This document shows positions 49,765 to 64,000 of a stretch of DNA of 64,000 bases, one piece after another. Source of the stretch: Eledone cirrhosa (taxonomy: Eukaryota). The notes under the pieces were generated by a model that was not told where the DNA came from, did no database searches, and worked only from the letters and a program-made list of their open reading frames with translations. Location of the stretch: NCBI GenBank assembly GCA_964016885.1, contig OZ024757.1, positions 29,016,001 to 29,080,000 of the forward strand, written 5' to 3'. Both the position numbers and the translations under genes were made by a program. Every line of letters begins with the position of its first letter. Positions within the stretch are counted from its first letter, which is position 1.

Positions 49765-50085
49765 ATGCGAAGATGGCTCGCGAGTTTCGGAGTCGGGCAT
49801 AAAATCGTAAGGTTATGAGTTCGATTATCGGACCGGGTTTGCATAGTGCTTTCAGCACGATAATTTATTTCACGTTGCTAAACTTCACTCAGTTGTAGAA
49901 ATACGTTCGACATCACTGGTGCCAAGCTATATCAACCGGCTCCCTTTCTTTGAACAAAATTGGTGGCGTGGAGAAGGGAGAAAGGTATACAAATAAGCTT
50001 GCCCAAACTTGTGCCACGGAGGGGAAATTTTTAGGTGCAAATCCCATGGCCATGTGTTACAGATCTTTACACTTAACCTTACCCT
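49765..50085 (+). mobile_element. tRNA-derived SINE (long form)
   Basis: GAGTTCGATT B box, TTTATTTCACGTTGCT..TTCACTCAG core. Confidence 0.75.
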
Positions 50086-50110
50086 ATATATATATATATA
50101 TATGGATAAA

Positions 50111-50141
<31 letters not shown>

Positions 50142-50281
50142 ACATCTCTCTCTCTCTCCCTATATATATATTATATTAATAATAATAACAATAACAATAA
50201 TAATAATAATAATAACAATAATAATAATAATAATAACAATAATAATAATAACAATAACAATAATAATAATAATAATAATAA
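50085..50281. repeat. (TA)n/(TATC)n/(AAT,AAC)n microsatellites
   Basis: direct reading; source of the poly-N ORF. Confidence 0.95.
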
Positions 50282-50744
50282 AGATGCTGATGTTACAAAA
50301 ATCGTTTATTCATTATAATTATTTCAACGGTTCTTCCATGCAATCAAGATGTATTTCATGCATTTGTTGTTGTTATGAGAACGGTATCCTCAGATGAAAT
50401 TCGATTTTGTGATATGCTGCCGAAATGAAAAAGAAACACACGTCCTTCTGCTCGTGCGTCCAGAACGACATGTGTTTTTTCAATGACGACAGTGGCCACG
50501 CAATTCCGCGTACCCAGTGCCATGATCTCATCAGAGAGCTTCTTTCATAATAAGGTTACATTCTCGAGGCATTCCAAGGGAAAGAGCGAAGGTTTCAAAA
50601 ACATTATCTTTGTATCACAGCATTATCAAAAAAGGACTTTAACATCTGAAACTATTTCGCATTTTCTTTTTCTAAATATACTCCGTCATTTCTATGAGGA
50701 AAAAGTACGTTGAGTGCTTGAATTGAATTGTATCAATGTTTAGC

Positions 50745-50807
<63 letters not shown>

Positions 50808-50899
50808 AACCAGTAAGACCCCGACAGCTGAGCTCAAGCCGTTTCGACGGCTAATTCTGGACAGAATTAGCCGTCGATTCATTTGGTCTCCTAGAATTT

Positions 50900-51156
50900 T
50901 AGTCTACGACTTCTGCTATACCATTTACGTGGTTTTGTCTTTGCTTGCTATTATTCTCTACGCTCCACATATGACGTATTATCTTCGTTTTTTCGTTCAT
51001 TGCCAGAGAACGTCTCTATGCACCACCTAAGAGAACATTAGTCTACGACCTCTTTTATACCATAAACGTGGTTCTGTCTTTGCGCGTAATTGTTTTTCAC
51101 CGCTCCTATTAATGACGTATTATTCGTTTTTTCCCGTTCTTTGCCAGCGAACGTTA
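50900..51156. repeat. diverged ~139-bp direct duplication
   Basis: AGTCTACGAC..TATACCAT..ACGTGGTT.TGTCTTTGC..ATGACGTATTAT at 50901 and 51040. Confidence 0.75.
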
Positions 51157-51402
51157 CCACGAACCAAAGTATCGTCTTCCTGTCTTCCTCCGGCTGCAAC
51201 GTTTTTTGAAATATCCAGTTCTGCGTTTACAGATTGACTTTGTTAGTTTCAGAAGATCCCGTTAAGGGTGAAAGCAGCGATTCTTTGCTTAAACTTTAAT
51301 CTGTTATTTTAATAAATATTTGCTCTACGGTTCTTATATATTTGATATATATTTATCCTTATCGAGCCCTCTTTGGATTTTAGTCTTCAAATTTATTATT
51401 AT

Positions 51403-52206
51403 TACATATATATATATGCATATATATATACATATATATACATATATATATGCATATATATATATAAAATATACATATATATACACATATATATATATAT
51501 AAAATATACATATATATATATACATATATATATATATAAAATATACATATACATGTATACATATACATGTATACATATACATGTATACATATACATGTAT
51601 ACATATACATGTATACATATACATGTATACATATACATGTATACATATACATGTATACATATACATGTATACATATACATATATACATATACATATATAC
51701 ATATGCATATATATATATATATATAAAATATACATATATACAATATACATGTATACATATATATATATACATATATATATATACATACATATACATATAC
51801 ATATATACATATACATGTATACATATATATATATACATATATATATATACATATATATATATACATATATACATATATATATATACATATATACATATAT
51901 ATATATACATATATATATATACATATATATATATACATATATATATATACATATATACATATACATATATATATATACATATACATATATACATATACAT
52001 ATATATACATATACATATATATACACATATACATATATATACATATATACACATATATATACATATACATATATACACATATATATACATATACATATAT
52101 ACACATATATATACATATACATATATACACATATATATACATATACATATATACACATATATATACATATACACACACATATATATATATACATATACAT
52201 ATATAC

Positions 52207-52253
<47 letters not shown>

Positions 52254-52288
52254 CATATATACACACATATATATATATATATACACAC

Positions 52289-52319
<31 letters not shown>

Positions 52320-52703
52320 TATATATATATATACACACATATATATATATATATATACACACATATATATATATATATATACACACATATATATATATAT
52401 ATATACACACATATATATATATATATATACACACATATATATATATATATATACACACATATATATATATACATATATACACATATATATACATATATAC
52501 ACATATATATATATACATATATACACATATATATATATACATATATACACATATATATATATATACATACACATATATATATATATACATACATATATAT
52601 ATATATATACATACATATATATATATACATATATATATATACATATATATATATACATATATATATATACATATATATATATACATACATACACATACAT
52701 ACA
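51403..52703. repeat. TA/CA compound microsatellite
   Basis: direct reading; includes 14-bp ATACATGTATACAT units. Confidence 0.95.
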
Positions 52704-53038
52704 TACGATATTAAACAAATGGAAACTATATTTATAAAACCATATTTATTTCGTTATATATATTTCTGGGATATCATATTAAAAATATGGTATGCCTTCC
52801 TCAGACAAAATACAATACATAAGCTGTTTTATAAATAATTATTGACATACCTTATAATCAACTTTTTAAATGGAAGTTGCATTATTATAAGGTATGTCAA
52901 TAATTATTTATAAAACAGCTTATGTATTGTATTTTGTCTGAGGAAGGCATACCATATTTTTAATATGATATCCCAGAAATATATATAACGAAATAAATAT
53001 GGTTTTATAAATATAGTTTCCATTTGTTTAATATCGTA
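52704..53038. repeat. perfect palindrome, 155-bp arms and 25-nt spacer
   Basis: 52704-52858 is the reverse complement of 52884-53038. Confidence 0.95.
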
Positions 53039-53501
53039 AACCTACTCTAGAAACTGTTGAGTGCTTTTATATCAGTTATAAAATATTTACTCGTTGTAAC
53101 CCAACAATCTTAAATAAAACTTTTGCATATATATACATATATATATTGTTTTATTTTATTTTATCATTATTTTTTCTTTATATCTTTCTGCAGCGATTCT
53201 CTGCTTAAACTTTAATCTGTTATCTTAATAAATATTTGCTCTACGGTTCTTATATATATGATATATATTTATATTTATCCTTATCGATCCCTCTTTTTCG
53301 ATTTTAGTCTTCAAATTTATTATTATTACTATATATATATATATATTTGTCCCGGGTTCAATTGGGGGTAACCACAGTAAGTAAGGTACTCAATCTGATG
53401 ATTTCTTCCGAATGAAACAGTTCTAGTCGTGTAGAAGCCATTTATATATATATATATATATATATATATCTGCCTCTCTGTTTTGTTCCCGTTCAATTTT
53501 T

Positions 53502-53536
<35 letters not shown>

Positions 53537-53662
53537 CGCCGCAACATCCATGATCCGTAATAAACAGCTCACGAGGGGAAAATTTTCTTCTCTTGCTTCT
53601 GTCCTGATTGGCTTCTAACACTTCTTTTTCAGTAACCACACAGCCTCAGCTCCTAACCCGCA

Positions 53663-53776
<114 letters not shown>

Positions 53777-54005
53777 ACTTAACTTAAATCTGCTTCTATA
53801 CAAGCAAGTCTATCCGATCGATTTTTAAGTTCCTCATAGGGTTACTCCCTTGATAATGGGTTTTTAAACCCCAAAATAGGAAGAGAGAAGGAGGAGAGAA
53901 TAGGAAGAGAGAAAGAGGAGAGAAAAGAAAGAGACATTACAATCATACCTATATTTCTAACATTTGTTCTTATTTTTCTGTTTTTTTTCACCATTTTTCT
54001 TGCAG

Positions 54006-54337
54006 GTCTGCTGAAAGACACATACCAATCATACAACGAACCATTCTACTTCATAGCATCGGTTGTGATAGCAGGGGCGTGTGTCATGGCCGTCGGCAAC
54101 GTTTATCATTCATGTCGGCTGGCGAAACGAAGGAAAGCGGAAAATGCAAAGCCGGCCACAGATGATATAGAAACGGCTGCAGCGACAACAGCAGCGGAAG
54201 CAACAGCAGCAAATATAGAAGATGACGACGACGAAGAAGAGGAGGAAGGTGATGAGGTGGATGAAGAAACGACAATAGCCGCTGCAGATAGCATATCAGA
54301 ACTAGACGACAATCCTGTAGATACAGAACACTTATGA
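54006..54337 (+). CDS. terminal exon of an SLC16/monocarboxylate-transporter-like MFS protein
   Basis: long pyrimidine tract TTTTTCTTGCAG; phase-1 (G)LLKDTYQSYNEPFYFIASVVIAGACVMAV fits the MCT TM11-12 motif GxLxDxxxSYxxxFY; basic stop-transfer, acidic tail, TGA at 54335-54337. Confidence 0.8.
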
Positions 54338-55441
54338 TGCCTGTTTTTTTGTTGTTGTTGTTCTCGTTTTTGTTTTCGTTGTGGTGGTGATGTCGGCTAT
54401 GCCAGACGATAGACGGAATTGTATAGAAACTCCGAAGTCATTGCAATTTTTTCTACTTAGATTATGAAATATTCACCGCTGAATCAGTTAATATTTGAAT
54501 GTTTTAAATACAAAGGTATATTAAACACACGTTCTTATATATATATATATATACACTGTGGAAAATGAGAAAAATCCTTCGTACCAATCATCAGCGAAGT
54601 CATTCTCTTTTTTCATTATATATATATATATAAATTACATATATATATATGTATATATAAAGTATATATATATATATGAATTAATTATATATATATAACA
54701 AATTTTGTATATATATATAAATATATAACAAATTTTATATATATATATATAACAAATTTTATATATATATCTATATAAATTATATATATATATAAAAATT
54801 ATATATATATATATAGCAACTTTTATATATATATATATATATATATGTATCTAAATTATATATATATATATAACCTGCTAGATAGTCCTATATGAGCGAG
54901 ACATGGTCACCCGACCAACCTTGCCTCAAGTGAGACAACTCCCGTCTAACCCATGCTAACGTGGAAAATGGACGTTAAACGAAGATGATGATGATGATGA
55001 TGATATAAAAATTATATATATATAAATCATATATATTAATCATATATATATATGGCGGAATTCATAAGAAGTGTCGCACCTACTGCTTTGTGGTATAAGA
55101 TCCGTCTTTCTGTGTTTTGAGTTCGAATCCCACCTCCTTCTGTGAGGAGTTGCGACCAGCAGACAGTAGCAGCAATGGAAGGACCAATGGAAATACTGTC
55201 TCATTGGTCCGATCTAACGATCGTTCCCTTTCCGTTGTTGATCTTGTTGATCATGATGATGATGATGATAATCAGGCAGACATATTTTCCAATCTGAAAA
55301 TGAAAAGAAAAGAAAAGAAATAAATAATACATTTCACGATTGAATAAAATAACTTTATTTGTAAATATGTAAATATAGCTATATGAGAATGTATGTATAA
55401 ATGTGTGTGTGTATATATATATGTGTATGTATATATATATA

Positions 55442-55481
<40 letters not shown>

Positions 55482-55936
55482 TATATATATATATATATAT
55501 GAATATATATGTATATATATATATGAATATATATATGTATATATATATGAATATATATATATGTATATATGTATATATGAATATATATATGTATATATAT
55601 ATATATAAATATATATATATATACATATATATATATATGAAATATATATATAAATATATATATATATATAAGATTTTAAAAAATGTAACTTAACATTAAC
55701 TGACATACGGTGGAAAGACTATACAGCAAATTAATATGTTTATATAAGCTATCGCCACCGGAAGTGTTGACATTAGAAAACTTTAAAGAAGTGAATCTTT
55801 AAATAAATAATAAAATATATTTAATGAACAGCCACGAAATTCATTGATTATTTATTCAAAGTAATCCAACTTATTTTACTAATGGGATAAGAAATTATAA
55901 ACCGTACACAGTCCCGCGCTTCTTACTTTATTATAG

Positions 55937-64000
<8,064 letters not shown>

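Noticed and set aside
51334-52838. YI/VC-rich ORFs here and at 1884-2323 and 55201-64000
   Set aside because: Translations of (TA)/(CA) microsatellites

Overview
Eukaryotic, repeat-saturated, AT-rich genomic DNA, most likely from a coleoid cephalopod (Octopus-like; inferred from the tRNA-derived SINE families and microsatellite load, not from a search). Nearly all supplied ORFs are microsatellite artefacts. Real coding signal is limited to two laminin alpha-3/5 (LanA)-type LE-domain exons (+, 4.6-5.4 kb), two in-phase exons of an unidentified protein (-, 33.8-34.7 kb), the last exon of an SLC16/MCT-like transporter (+, 54.0-54.3 kb), and decayed CR1- and RTE-clade LINE pieces. The rest is a near-identical 4561-bp tandem array (2.7 copies), its diverged paralogues at 38-46 kb, an 11.7-kb polypurine tract, several palindromes and MITEs, and 8 kb of (TA)n. 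The best candidate for an undescribed system is a family of about 18 short Pol III-type units. Each has a TATA element usually 30 nt upstream, an A box and a B box, and a covarying two-hairpin fold. The most GC-rich pair sits convergently at the centre of a palindrome, each copy behind three GCGCATGCGC motifs.
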